Shown piece after piece: positions 1-9,599 of a stretch of DNA of 64,000 nucleotides. Under the pieces are notes generated by a model. It was not told the DNA's origin. It saw nothing but the letters and a program-made list of their open reading frames with translations, and searched no databases. This DNA is from a virus, in IMG/VR virus record IMGVR_UViG_3300042319_001830, positions 69,234 through 133,233 of that record; one strand, given 5' to 3'. Both the position numbers and the translations under genes were made by a program. The first letter of the stretch is position 1; the number at the start of each line of letters is the position of its first letter.

Positions 1-474
1 ATTATACGCAATTACATTGTTGATACACATTTAAAAGACAATGATTATTTATGGTGGGTAGATGCAGATTATGCATATATTCCTCCAAACTTTTTAATTG
101 ATGCTGTCAATTTCGATAAGGATATAATTATGCCTAGAGTTGAAGTGGACGGCAGTAATTATGATGGTATGACATGTGCCGATATAGATGGGATACCAGT
201 TAAAATTCATGAAGTCGCTAAAAGATTTGATTGCGATTTTTATCCAATGGTCATAGTTGAATGTGCTTCATTGATATCCCGCAAAGTATTTGATTATGGA
301 CTGCGATATGATAGTGGAATTTTAAAAGGAAATGATGGGATCACTGACCATTTTTTTCAGGAAGGGCCCCATTTTTCTCATAGAGCTAAATTAGCTGGAT
401 TTACATTATATGGTTCATTAAAACACGTTATAATTCATCAGTCGATAAATGGAATGGTTCCGTATAATCCTTAA
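1..474 (+). CDS. Glycosyltransferase, Anp1/GT-A-like (5' partial)
   Basis: Frame is open from base 1: IIRNYIVDTHLKDNDYLWWVDADY...KDIIMPRV. Contains a DxD motif and continues into the listed 130..474 ORF. Confidence 0.65.
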   Translation: MIRNYIVDTHLKDNDYLWWVDADYAYIPPNFLIDAVNFDKDIIMPRVEVDGSNYDGMTCADIDGIPVKIHEVAKRFDCDFYPMVIVECASLISRKVFDYGLRYDSGILKGNDGITDHFFQEGPHFSHRAKLAGFTLYGSLKHVIIHQSINGMVPYNP

Positions 475-479
475 TATAT

Positions 480-1100
480 ATGAAAATAAAATTATCTTGC
501 ATCGAAACATATATTTTGACTATAGAAAACAACTTCGGAAGATATGATCGTCTTAAAAATGAACTAAATTGTTTAGAAGATAAATTAAAAATTAATGTTT
601 TTTATGGAAAAACTATCCCAGGTCATCTCGGATGTGCGATATCAACCGTAAATATGTATAAATCCGTATCGCCACCCGTTTTATGTCTTGAAGATGATTG
701 TGGGTTAACAGAAAATTATAATGATGAATTAGAGATACCAGATGACGCGGATGCTATATATCTAGGCACTTCTGTTTGGGGCGTTACAAATGGTCAAACT
801 GATTGGAGAAATTTTACTATAAAAAAGTACAATGATAGATTTTATAAAATAGAAGGTATGTGTTCTGCTCACGCTGTTTTATTTTTGAATAATAACTTCT
901 TAGGACATATAAATAAAATTGGCGAATCGTATAATATGGAATCAACCGTTCCATTTGATTATTTAATGTGTCAAGAACAAAGCAAATTTAATGTTTATGG
1001 TGTAGCCAAACCTATGTTTTATCAAAAAGGAGATCTTAATGAAGAAGTAACTTTATATTCGATTGATCAAATTTATAAAGATAAAAATTTAATAATATGA
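480..1100 (+). CDS. GT25-like glycosyltransferase
   Basis: GCAIS, LCLEDD, YLG and SAHAV motifs; glycan-gene neighbourhood. Confidence 0.6.
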   Translation: MKIKLSCIETYILTIENNFGRYDRLKNELNCLEDKLKINVFYGKTIPGHLGCAISTVNMYKSVSPPVLCLEDDCGLTENYNDELEIPDDADAIYLGTSVWGVTNGQTDWRNFTIKKYNDRFYKIEGMCSAHAVLFLNNNFLGHINKIGESYNMESTVPFDYLMCQEQSKFNVYGVAKPMFYQKGDLNEEVTLYSIDQIYKDKNLII

Positions 1101-1867
1101 TCAGTGTTAATTGTATGGGCGGATTGGGAAACCAATTATTTCAAGTGTCTGCCACTTATTCATTAGCACTATCTAATAATGATAATGCCGTCTTTAATTT
1201 TAATAATTGTTGGACACCGCTGCAAGGCAATAAAATAATTAAATATAGAAATACAATTTTTAAAAATTTTACACACGTTGATAATTTTATTACGGAAAAT
1301 TATTATCAAGAACCATCACACAATTATAATGAAATACAATATAAACCAAATTTATTGTTAACTGGATATTTTCAAAGCGAAAAATATTTTGAAAAACACA
1401 AAGATTCTTTGATTGATATGTTTTGTTTTGATGATTATAAAGATAAAGCTTTAAATTTTTTGCGTAATATTGAGGGTACAAAAACATCTTTACACTTTCG
1501 CCGAGGAGATTATATTTTATATCAATCTGCTGTACGTTTATTAGATGAAGAATATTATACTCCAGCAACACATTATTTTAAAGATACAACGTTTGTTATA
1601 TTTTCTGACGATTTAAATTTGGCAAAACAAAAATTTAATAAACCAAATATGGTTGTATTTGATAGTAAAGATGAAGTATTGAATATGACTTGCATGAGTT
1701 TATGTGACAATAACATTATAGCAAACAGTACATTTAGTTGGTGGGGTGCATATCTCAATAAAAGTAAAAACAAAAAAGTAATAGCACCTTCACAATGGTT
1801 TGCAAAAAACTTTATATTACATTCACACGAATATGATATAGTTCCAACTGACTGGATTAAAATATGA
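1097..1867 (+). CDS. Alpha-1,2-fucosyltransferase (GT11)
   Basis: GGLGNQLFQ, GYFQSEKYF, HFRRGDY and NSTFSWWGAYL motifs. Confidence 0.9.
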   Translation: MISVNCMGGLGNQLFQVSATYSLALSNNDNAVFNFNNCWTPLQGNKIIKYRNTIFKNFTHVDNFITENYYQEPSHNYNEIQYKPNLLLTGYFQSEKYFEKHKDSLIDMFCFDDYKDKALNFLRNIEGTKTSLHFRRGDYILYQSAVRLLDEEYYTPATHYFKDTTFVIFSDDLNLAKQKFNKPNMVVFDSKDEVLNMTCMSLCDNNIIANSTFSWWGAYLNKSKNKKVIAPSQWFAKNFILHSHEYDIVPTDWIKI

Positions 1868-2442
1868 TATACGATAAATTTTTTAAATATAAGGATAATG
1901 CAACTGTTTTTATTGAAACTGGCACTTGGTGTGGGCAAGGAGTTATCAATGCTATCGATTCGGAATTTGATGAAATTCATTCTATAGAATTAGATGAACA
2001 GTTGTATAAAGATAATATAGAAAGATTTAAACATAATCCAAATGTAAATCTGTACCACGGTGATAGTTCTATAATACTATATGATGTTATCAAAAATATA
2101 AATAAAAGAATGTTATTTTGGTTAGACGGTCATTATAGTGGCCACGGCACGTCACAGTCTAATGTTACTCAATTATATGAATTTCCGTTGATATATGAAA
2201 TACAACAAATTGATAAACATCATATAAAAGATCATATTATTTTGATTGACGATTTAAGATGTTTCCCATCATTTGAAGAACAGGAAAAACTAAATTACAA
2301 AACTAAGTATTCATTGGATATATTGACCGAAGAATTATTAAAAATAAATAACAATTATAAATTTAGAAGAATAGATGGATTTGTCGATCAAGATATTTTA
2401 TTAGTTACAACAAATGATTTGCCAAACGTAGCATATGTTTGA
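1864..2442 (+). CDS. Class I SAM-dependent methyltransferase-like protein
   Basis: FIETGT, SIEL, GDS, FWLDGH and ILIDD motifs. Confidence 0.7.
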   Translation: MIYDKFFKYKDNATVFIETGTWCGQGVINAIDSEFDEIHSIELDEQLYKDNIERFKHNPNVNLYHGDSSIILYDVIKNINKRMLFWLDGHYSGHGTSQSNVTQLYEFPLIYEIQQIDKHHIKDHIILIDDLRCFPSFEEQEKLNYKTKYSLDILTEELLKINNNYKFRRIDGFVDQDILLVTTNDLPNVAYV

Positions 2443-3074
2443 TATTCAACGTAGTCCCATACATTTTGACTACCAAAATATTCATAAAAAGCCTTTTGTT
2501 CTCCTTTGTTCTTATTTCCTTTAAAATTAAACCAATCGTCAAATATTAATAAAGTTCCCTCTTGTAATACTGGAGTTATACCATCCAATACCATTTTGGT
2601 AGACATATACAAATCACAATCTATGTGAATCAATGCTGCTTTCTGATATTTGATAGGTATTGAATTGTTAATTGTAGTCAAAAAATCCCCTACTTCAATA
2701 TTTGGTTTTGGTAAATTATAGTTTTCAAATAAACCATATATTGTATCAGTTGTTACTTTATCGCCTATTTTACACATTGGATGATATGAATGATTAACAC
2801 CAAACATATTCTTTTTCCATCTGGGATGATCGTCAGAATCAGGCAATCCTTCAAACGAATCAAATCCCACTATTTTTCTATTAAAATTAAGTTTGTGTAT
2901 GCTTTCTTTGCTCTTTTCGTGAAAATATGATAGTAAAGCTAAACTTCGGCCTGTATATACACCAAATTCAAATATGTCTCCTTCTATAAGTTCGTAATCT
3001 ATAAAACGAATTGCGGTTTTGAAAAACGATGATCTTACATCGAAATCAAGTAAAACATTAATATCATTCACCAT
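2388..3074 (-). CDS. TylF/MycF-family sugar O-methyltransferase
   Basis: EFGVYTG, GFDSFEGLP, HIDCDLY and IFDDW motifs. Confidence 0.85.
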   Translation of the reverse strand: MVNDINVLLDFDVRSSFFKTAIRFIDYELIEGDIFEFGVYTGRSLALLSYFHEKSKESIHKLNFNRKIVGFDSFEGLPDSDDHPRWKKNMFGVNHSYHPMCKIGDKVTTDTIYGLFENYNLPKPNIEVGDFLTTINNSIPIKYQKAALIHIDCDLYMSTKMVLDGITPVLQEGTLLIFDDWFNFKGNKNKGEQKAFYEYFGSQNVWDYVEYQTYATFGKSFVVTNKIS

Positions 3075-3084
3075 ATATATAACT

Positions 3085-3203
3085 ATGATTGATTGGTTTG
3101 AAGACAGCGGAGATAATACTTTAAGGATAAATTATAATCTCAAAAAACACACAAGTTAACATATAATTATGATTTTGTTTGGGAAAATTGGGAACGGTTA
3201 TAA
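3085..3203 (+). pseudogene. Internally deleted remnant of an FkbM-like methyltransferase gene
   Basis: N-terminal MIDWFEDSGDNTLRINYNL is joined out of frame to C-terminal KTHKLTYNYDFVWENWERL*. Both resemble FkbM-family termini (recalled, not searched). Confidence 0.45.
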
Positions 3204-3243
3204 ATATGGGGTTTAAAACCATAATTTATATATTTATAAGTAT

Positions 3244-3777
3244 ATGAGGAAGTTAAAAGAATTGGGTGATCTCGGCGATAGAATGATGCAGGGATTGCCA
3301 TATGGTCAAGGAGGAGCTATTTCTGGCGCTTCTGATGTGTCTACCTTTGATAGTCCAGATGTGTCTCAAGATCCCAGTAATTTTGGCACACTAACTGATA
3401 AAAGTAAGATCACAGCTGATGCGAAAGATTCAATGTCAAAAATCTCTCCATTTGGTCCGTATACAGGTCAAAATCCAAAAGACTATGTAGGAGACGTTGA
3501 AAAAATCAAATATAAAGTTACTCCTGATGAAATTATTATGGGTATTGACTATGAAATGAAAAAACTTGTATTAAAAGATAAACAAGTAGCCAAACAAAAT
3601 GTCGTGAACAATTTAAAGAAAGATCATCAGTACTATAGCAAACTTCATATGTTGGATATAACAGATGAACCAGAAAAGTCAGAGGAACCAGATTATCGTA
3701 CCCCACAAGAAAAAGCTATTGCTGAAATAATGAGAGATTTGCACGAAGCGAAAAAACAACGTAGAAATTGGAATTAA
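3244..3777 (+). CDS. Hypothetical protein with DUF5661-like C-terminal module
   Basis: EIIMGIDYEM...AKQNVVNNLKKDHQYYSKL resembles the module at the start of the 3976 ORF. Confidence 0.55.
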   Translation: MRKLKELGDLGDRMMQGLPYGQGGAISGASDVSTFDSPDVSQDPSNFGTLTDKSKITADAKDSMSKISPFGPYTGQNPKDYVGDVEKIKYKVTPDEIIMGIDYEMKKLVLKDKQVAKQNVVNNLKKDHQYYSKLHMLDITDEPEKSEEPDYRTPQEKAIAEIMRDLHEAKKQRRNWN

Positions 3778-3779
3778 AT

Positions 3780-3983
3780 ATGCGAAACTTTGCTAAAGAT
3801 GGTGATCCTAAATATCGTAAACCAGATCCGCTTCATAAAGGATGGCATTATATTGGCGATGGTAAATTTCACGATCCCACGTTGGGAAGTGATGCAATGC
3901 GAGGTCGTAGATGGATGATCGATCCTGGCGCTGGTAGCGGTAAAAGCTTTTCAAAATTTCAACAAGGTCTTAAAAATGATTAA
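3780..3983 (+). CDS. Hypothetical protein
   Basis: ATG 3 nt after the previous stop; overlaps the next start. Confidence 0.55.
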   Translation: MRNFAKDGDPKYRKPDPLHKGWHYIGDGKFHDPTLGSDAMRGRRWMIDPGAGSGKSFSKFQQGLKND

Positions 3984-5244
3984 TAATTTAATAAAATTAC
4001 CAGGAGGAGTAGGCGACCGTGCGCCGTCAGATCAAATTGATCCTATTCAACTAAGTACCGGTATACAAATTGAGATGGAACACACTAATGACCCGGAAAT
4101 TGCTAAAGAAATTTCATTAGATCATTTAACAGTAGACCCTAAATATTACAGTAAATTAGTTGCTGCTGGATTAGCTAGTGAATTTAAACCATCAACTGGT
4201 TCTGGATTTGGTGATGTAAATCAAAGTATTAATGATAAATCTAGAGTTGGTAATAAAGGTTTACAAAAAGGTAATATGGGTGGAACTATTGGCGGTACAT
4301 CAAATGGAGAAGTAGATGGTAGAAATAGCGAACCAATTGTCAATAAAACAATTGATATTGAATTGGAAAATCAAACTTTTAGTAGCTTAGAAGAAGCTAT
4401 GTTAGACGAAAAGAAAAGAAGAAAATCTGGTAAAGGTAAAAGAAAACCAAAACCAACAAATCCTGCTTTATGGGCTAGAGCCAAATCCGCAGCCAGATCT
4501 AAATTTGATGTTTATCCCAGCGCTTATGCTAATGGATGGGCGGCTAAATGGTATAAGAGTAAAGGTGGTGGTTGGAGAATGAGTGAAGCTTATCCAGCTC
4601 AGGCTATGGAAAGTCCATTTCCAGAAGACGGAATGATGACTGGCTCTGGTACTGGATCTGGTACAAATGGTAGTGGATATGATTTTGTCGGATATGCAGA
4701 AAGTAAAAAAACTATGAATAAACAACAATTAAAAGAAGCTATTAAACGAATGATTCGTGAAATTGAACAAGATGACGTAAGTGTAGATGCTGAAAAAGAA
4801 TCTGTGACCATCACATTGGATCGTGAACTTGCTCAAAAACTTCACGATTTATTAATGACACAATTGGCTCCGGCCGGTGAAGATGCTGAACAAACACCAG
4901 CTGGACCCGAAGATGCAAATGCTGTGGTACCAGCTGAAGACGATACAGAGTCTTCTGCAGTTAATATGAGCGCTGATCAATTGCCAATTAAAGCTGGAGA
5001 AGAAAGTGGTGAATCTGTTGATGACGTTACATCCGATGAATCAGATTCAATGGATGAAGCTAAAAAGAAATGGATACAAAAAGCTATTACTAAACCAGGC
5101 GCTTTGAAAAAACAACTGGGTGTAGCTGCCGGTAAAAAAATAGCATCTAATAAATTATCTGACGCTGCTAAGAAGAGTGGTAAACTTGGTCAAAGAGCAC
5201 GATTGGCTAGAACACTTCGTAAGTTAAAAGAAAGTTTGAGATAA
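3976..5244 (+). CDS. Modular putative head-internal protein (DUF5661-like plus basic modules)
   Basis: GIQIEMEHT...DHL...YYSKL; KPTNPALWARAK...YPSAYANGW...GGGW; KKWIQKAI..PGAL modules separated by acidic linkers. Confidence 0.6.
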   Translation: MINNLIKLPGGVGDRAPSDQIDPIQLSTGIQIEMEHTNDPEIAKEISLDHLTVDPKYYSKLVAAGLASEFKPSTGSGFGDVNQSINDKSRVGNKGLQKGNMGGTIGGTSNGEVDGRNSEPIVNKTIDIELENQTFSSLEEAMLDEKKRRKSGKGKRKPKPTNPALWARAKSAARSKFDVYPSAYANGWAAKWYKSKGGGWRMSEAYPAQAMESPFPEDGMMTGSGTGSGTNGSGYDFVGYAESKKTMNKQQLKEAIKRMIREIEQDDVSVDAEKESVTITLDRELAQKLHDLLMTQLAPAGEDAEQTPAGPEDANAVVPAEDDTESSAVNMSADQLPIKAGEESGESVDDVTSDESDSMDEAKKKWIQKAITKPGALKKQLGVAAGKKIASNKLSDAAKKSGKLGQRARLARTLRKLKESLR

Positions 5245-5261
5245 TATCCAAATTACGATCT

Positions 5262-7160
5262 ATGAAAGAAACAGACAATTCATCACTAGCAAATTATAAA
5301 GCATATCAAAAATATAAAGGTTATGCTTTAAAAATGATATCAAAGCTTGAAAAAATAAAAGCAACTGGAAAAAGTAAAGTGACTGTTAGTGACATAGTGA
5401 CACAAAGTTCTGTATCTTCTATCCTTATTGGGCTGGGCGATAGATTTCCAGAATTAACAACTAAATTGAAAAATTTGTTGATGTATTCTTTTAATCATAG
5501 TGATCTCGTTAAGTTACACCAAACAGGTAAAATGGATCTCAATAGATGGGAAGATCAATCTTTAAGTGAAAATGCGGAAATGTCGCAAAGTGATATTACG
5601 AAGATTATTGATTATAGTGAAAAGTTACAATCAATGTTTGATGTAAATGATAACTTGGAAGATTGGGTTAAAGCTAAGTTGAATCACGCTTGTGATTATG
5701 TAGCCACAGTACGTGATTATTTGAAGTTTTATAATGAAGAAAAACAAAACATTGATAGATTGACTGAAGAAGTCAAAAACTTAGAACAAAAATTTAATAA
5801 AGAAAAGCTAGACACTGTAGTTGACGGGATTCAATACGCTTTAGATGTTGTTGGATTGGAACCGACCGTTGGAAGCTTTGCTGACGGTGCTAATGTGGTA
5901 ATTAGTTTATTAAGATCCGCATTAGAAAAAGAGACAGATGAGAAGAAAAAACATTTATTAAATGCAGCAATAAGTGCGGTATCTATTGTACCGTTTGGAG
6001 ATTTAGCTAAGATTATAAAACTTCGTGTATTAAGAAAGCCAGCAGTTAAATTATTAAGATTCATTAAGAACATTTTGAAGTCCAAAAATCCATCATATAC
6101 AGATACACTTTTGGAAAAATGGTCAAACACATATAAAAAGAGTATTAATTGTAGTAACCCAAAAGGTTTTAGTCAAAAGGCACATTGTAAAGCCAGAAGA
6201 CTTAGACAGATGGGTAAAAAGACAAAGAGTAAACCAGTAAGAGAAATATATGAAGCTGTTGTGCGTCATATGTTAAAAGAATTCGATAGCAGTATGGCTA
6301 TGGGTGCTTTGAAACAACTTAACAGTGATGCTAAAGAATTAGAGCAAATGTTGCAACCAAACTCTGAGTTGGAGGATTGGGTTAAAGCTAAGTTAAACTT
6401 GGCCGGTGAGTATTTGGATGATGTGTATCATCATCTAGATCACTTTGGTCCAGAAGGTAGAAAGTTTGACGAAGTAAAAGTTGCAAACGATATTGAAGAA
6501 GGTTGGAAAGACTGGCTTGCTGCTGGGGCTATTGGATTAGCAGCAACTACTGGTAAAGTAGATGCCGATAAAGTGAAACAACCATCTAATCCAATTGTAC
6601 AAACTGCTACAAAAGATTCTGACCCTTCTTTGTTAAACAAAAAAACAAGTGACTATGTAGGTCATTGGGAAGGTAAAAAAGATACTGTTTATAAAGATAG
6701 TGCAGGTTTGCCTACAATTGGAATTGGTCACTATCTAAACAATAGTCAAGAAGACCGTCAATTATTTAAAGCTTTATTTGGAGATACTGTAAATTATGAT
6801 AAAGTATTAAATGGTCAACAAAAGCTCACAGATGATCAAATTGAAAAGTTATTTAATATGGATGTTAAGATTAAAGAGAAACTTGCATCTAAGAAAATTA
6901 GTAATTTTACGAGTTTACCAATATATGTTAAAAATGCAGTTATAAATGCTTTGTATAGAGGAGACATTGGACCAAAAACAATTGGATTGATGAATAGTGG
7001 CGATTGGGCCAATGCGACAAAAGAATATTTGAATCATAAAAATGCAAAGAGTGGCCCATCTCAAATTCAACGAAGAATGAAGACAAATGCATTAGCATTT
7101 GCTCAATACGCAAAAAATAAGAACGAATATATAACGCAGAGTGATTACGTAATTGGATAA
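5262..7160 (+). CDS. Multidomain protein with C-terminal GH24 (phage) lysozyme
   Basis: HWEGKKDTVYKDSAGLPTIGIGH gives the E..D..T lysozyme triad; duplicated LEDWVKAKLN domain; pre-toxin-TG-like segment. Confidence 0.8.
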   Translation: MKETDNSSLANYKAYQKYKGYALKMISKLEKIKATGKSKVTVSDIVTQSSVSSILIGLGDRFPELTTKLKNLLMYSFNHSDLVKLHQTGKMDLNRWEDQSLSENAEMSQSDITKIIDYSEKLQSMFDVNDNLEDWVKAKLNHACDYVATVRDYLKFYNEEKQNIDRLTEEVKNLEQKFNKEKLDTVVDGIQYALDVVGLEPTVGSFADGANVVISLLRSALEKETDEKKKHLLNAAISAVSIVPFGDLAKIIKLRVLRKPAVKLLRFIKNILKSKNPSYTDTLLEKWSNTYKKSINCSNPKGFSQKAHCKARRLRQMGKKTKSKPVREIYEAVVRHMLKEFDSSMAMGALKQLNSDAKELEQMLQPNSELEDWVKAKLNLAGEYLDDVYHHLDHFGPEGRKFDEVKVANDIEEGWKDWLAAGAIGLAATTGKVDADKVKQPSNPIVQTATKDSDPSLLNKKTSDYVGHWEGKKDTVYKDSAGLPTIGIGHYLNNSQEDRQLFKALFGDTVNYDKVLNGQQKLTDDQIEKLFNMDVKIKEKLASKKISNFTSLPIYVKNAVINALYRGDIGPKTIGLMNSGDWANATKEYLNHKNAKSGPSQIQRRMKTNALAFAQYAKNKNEYITQSDYVIG

Positions 7161-7163
7161 ATT

Positions 7164-7502
7164 ATGAATGAATGGCCAACTGTGCCTATGGGCAACTTAC
7201 AAGCTATGATGGTAATGCGTCAACAGAGTGCGCCTACGCCATCTATTAATGGTTTTGATCCATATCAAGCTATGTTGAGACGTAAACAATCAAGTGTATC
7301 TGATGAGAGTGGTTATATTAATGCGGATGTGGAACAATACGATGTTAAAGATATTCAAGCATTGGAAGAGTTTTGTCAACAGTATGGTATAATGGGATTT
7401 AACTTTGGTAAGATGAATCCCAAATCAGCATTGCGAATGCTTAAAGGAAAGATGGGCATTGTTGATGAAAAAGTAAATAATAAAAAAATATTATTTGACT
7501 AG
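7164..7502 (+). CDS. Hypothetical protein
   Basis: Tightly packed ORF in a co-directional run. Confidence 0.6.
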   Translation: MNEWPTVPMGNLQAMMVMRQQSAPTPSINGFDPYQAMLRRKQSSVSDESGYINADVEQYDVKDIQALEEFCQQYGIMGFNFGKMNPKSALRMLKGKMGIVDEKVNNKKILFD

Positions 7503-7523
7503 TTTAAGATAGTTATTTTTGTT

Positions 7524-8912
7524 ATGGTAAAACTAATTAATGCTAAAAATTCACCTCTTAATATTGAAGTTTTGGTTGGACCCAACATTAATGGTGTAGA
7601 CGCAATGTTTTTGTGGGAGGATAATGTTACAAAAGTACCATTCCACAGTGAACTTATAAAATTGCATGCAAATACCGGATATTTTTCTGGTTTAAATAAA
7701 AATGTAGATTTTTTTAAAAATGATGTTCTGTTTAAAATAATTAGACTTGATACATACAAAGTTATATTTTCATATGTTTTTAAGAATTTTAATTTTATAA
7801 ATGGGAAAAATATTCTTTACATATCACAGAACAATTATAGCGGATATAGCTATTCGGCTAGAAATTATATATTTCAACTGTTACAAAACAATTTTAAAGT
7901 ACATTGGATAAACAATGCATTTGGTTCTTCTATATATAAACCTTGTAATGAAGAGGAGTTGCAAGTTTTTAAATGTGAAAACAAATACGATCCCACAGTT
8001 GTTTATGATTCTGTAATCATACATCACGTGCCAGATGGTTGGAATGATGCTCGGAAATATTTTAAAAACGCAAAAAAAATATACGGATTAACTACGTGGG
8101 AAACCACACACTTACACGCTGAGTGGACAGATTATATTAATTTAAGTGTTGTACACGAAGTAATTGTTCCGTCTCGTTTTAATAAAAAAACATTTATAGA
8201 TAGTGGTGTTAATAAGAATGTGAGTGTGTGGGCGCACGATGTATTTAGCTTTGTTAAGAATAAAAATTTAAAAGTATCCGATGTTTTAAATAAGTTTTAT
8301 TTATATAAAGACAATAAATACACACAGTCAAATGAGGTTATTAAAAAAATATTAGATAATAATACAGTTTATTATAATATTAGTCAATATAACGAACGTA
8401 AAAATTTAAATCAAGTTATATCAACATTTTGCAAGAAGTTTACAAGTGATGATAATGTTTGTTTGTTTATCAAAACATATTTTAAAGAATTCACAACATC
8501 TCAACAAGAAATGTTGAAGTATAAATTTGCAGAACTGCTTAATACGTATGAAAATATTCCTCCAATTATATTTTGTTTTGATAGTTTAAATGATGATGAA
8601 GTAAATTTAATTCACGAATTTGGAGATGTTTATTTTACTCTAAATAGAGGTGAGGGATTTGGCTTATGTACATACACAGCTAAAAAGATTGGTAACAAAA
8701 TTATATGCGGTAAATTTGGAGCCGAAAAAGAATTTTTATCTATTACTGATTCATTGATCGATTATACATTAGAGACTCCTTTTAATATGGAGGTATATCA
8801 TAACTGGTACAACGACGATAGACAAAAATGGGCAGTGTTTAACGATGAAGATGTTTTGGATATGTTAAAATATTATCCAAAAACGATTAAACAACAATAC
8901 AATTATAAATGA
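7524..8912 (+). CDS. GT4-like (GT-B) glycosyltransferase
   Basis: SGYSYSAR, TTWET, ERKNL and RGEGFGL motifs. Confidence 0.75.
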   Translation: MVKLINAKNSPLNIEVLVGPNINGVDAMFLWEDNVTKVPFHSELIKLHANTGYFSGLNKNVDFFKNDVLFKIIRLDTYKVIFSYVFKNFNFINGKNILYISQNNYSGYSYSARNYIFQLLQNNFKVHWINNAFGSSIYKPCNEEELQVFKCENKYDPTVVYDSVIIHHVPDGWNDARKYFKNAKKIYGLTTWETTHLHAEWTDYINLSVVHEVIVPSRFNKKTFIDSGVNKNVSVWAHDVFSFVKNKNLKVSDVLNKFYLYKDNKYTQSNEVIKKILDNNTVYYNISQYNERKNLNQVISTFCKKFTSDDNVCLFIKTYFKEFTTSQQEMLKYKFAELLNTYENIPPIIFCFDSLNDDEVNLIHEFGDVYFTLNRGEGFGLCTYTAKKIGNKIICGKFGAEKEFLSITDSLIDYTLETPFNMEVYHNWYNDDRQKWAVFNDEDVLDMLKYYPKTIKQQYNYK

Positions 8913-8940
8913 AAAAACCCCCTTTCGGGGGTTTGGTTTT
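8912..8940. terminator. Bidirectional intrinsic terminator
   Basis: AAACCCCC-TTTC-GGGGGTTT hairpin with A/T tails between convergent genes. Confidence 0.8.
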
Positions 8941-9199
8941 AAAGACTGATCTTCGCTTGTTTTAATTCAGATGGTAATAATTCGTTTAGTGGCTCAAGAC
9001 AGTTAACACAATATGGTATGTTAATTGGTACCAACGCGTCTTTATCTGTGCCAGCAAGTATTTTACTTACTTTTCTAAACATAACGCCATTTTGAAAAAC
9101 GGCGCCTTGACATTCAGTGCATTGTACTGATTGTGTCTCTTTTAGTCCAAAGTTAACATTTGGCGTTTGATTCATCCCTTGTATTTTATTGTTAAACAT
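8939..9199 (-). CDS. Small zinc-ribbon protein
   Basis: CTEC ... CVNC. Confidence 0.6.
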   Translation of the reverse strand: MFNNKIQGMNQTPNVNFGLKETQSVQCTECQGAVFQNGVMFRKVSKILAGTDKDALVPINIPYCVNCLEPLNELLPSELKQAKISL

Positions 9200-9599
9200 A
9201 ATTTATATTCCTTTTCTTTTTGTAATCTTCTAACGCTGCATTAAGCGCCTCTGTGGCCAAAACGCTACAATGAATTTTCACTGGGGGGAGGCCGCCCAAC
9301 GCAGTAACAATATCATCATTGTTAAAATTTTTCTGAAGTTCTTCTATATTACGACCTTTTATTAATTCAGTAGCCATACTGGAAGCAGCTATCGCACTAC
9401 CACATCCAAATGTCTTAAATCTTGCATCGGTTACTGTTTGTGTAGCATCATCAATTTTAAGAGTGATCTTCATAATATCACCACACGCTGCAGCGCCTAC
9501 TTCACCAGTAGCATCTGCGTCTTTTATATCGCCCATATTTCTTGGGTTCATAAAATGATCCATTACCGTTTCATTATATAATGTATAAGAGTCACTCAT
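9192..9599 (-). CDS. iscU: Fe-S cluster scaffold IscU/NifU
   Basis: DHFMNPRNMG, CGD, FKTFGCGSAIA and LPPVKIHC; all three Cys, the conserved Asp and the LPPVK motif are present. Confidence 0.95.
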   Translation of the reverse strand: MSDSYTLYNETVMDHFMNPRNMGDIKDADATGEVGAAACGDIMKITLKIDDATQTVTDARFKTFGCGSAIAASSMATELIKGRNIEELQKNFNNDDIVTALGGLPPVKIHCSVLATEALNAALEDYKKKRNINYV

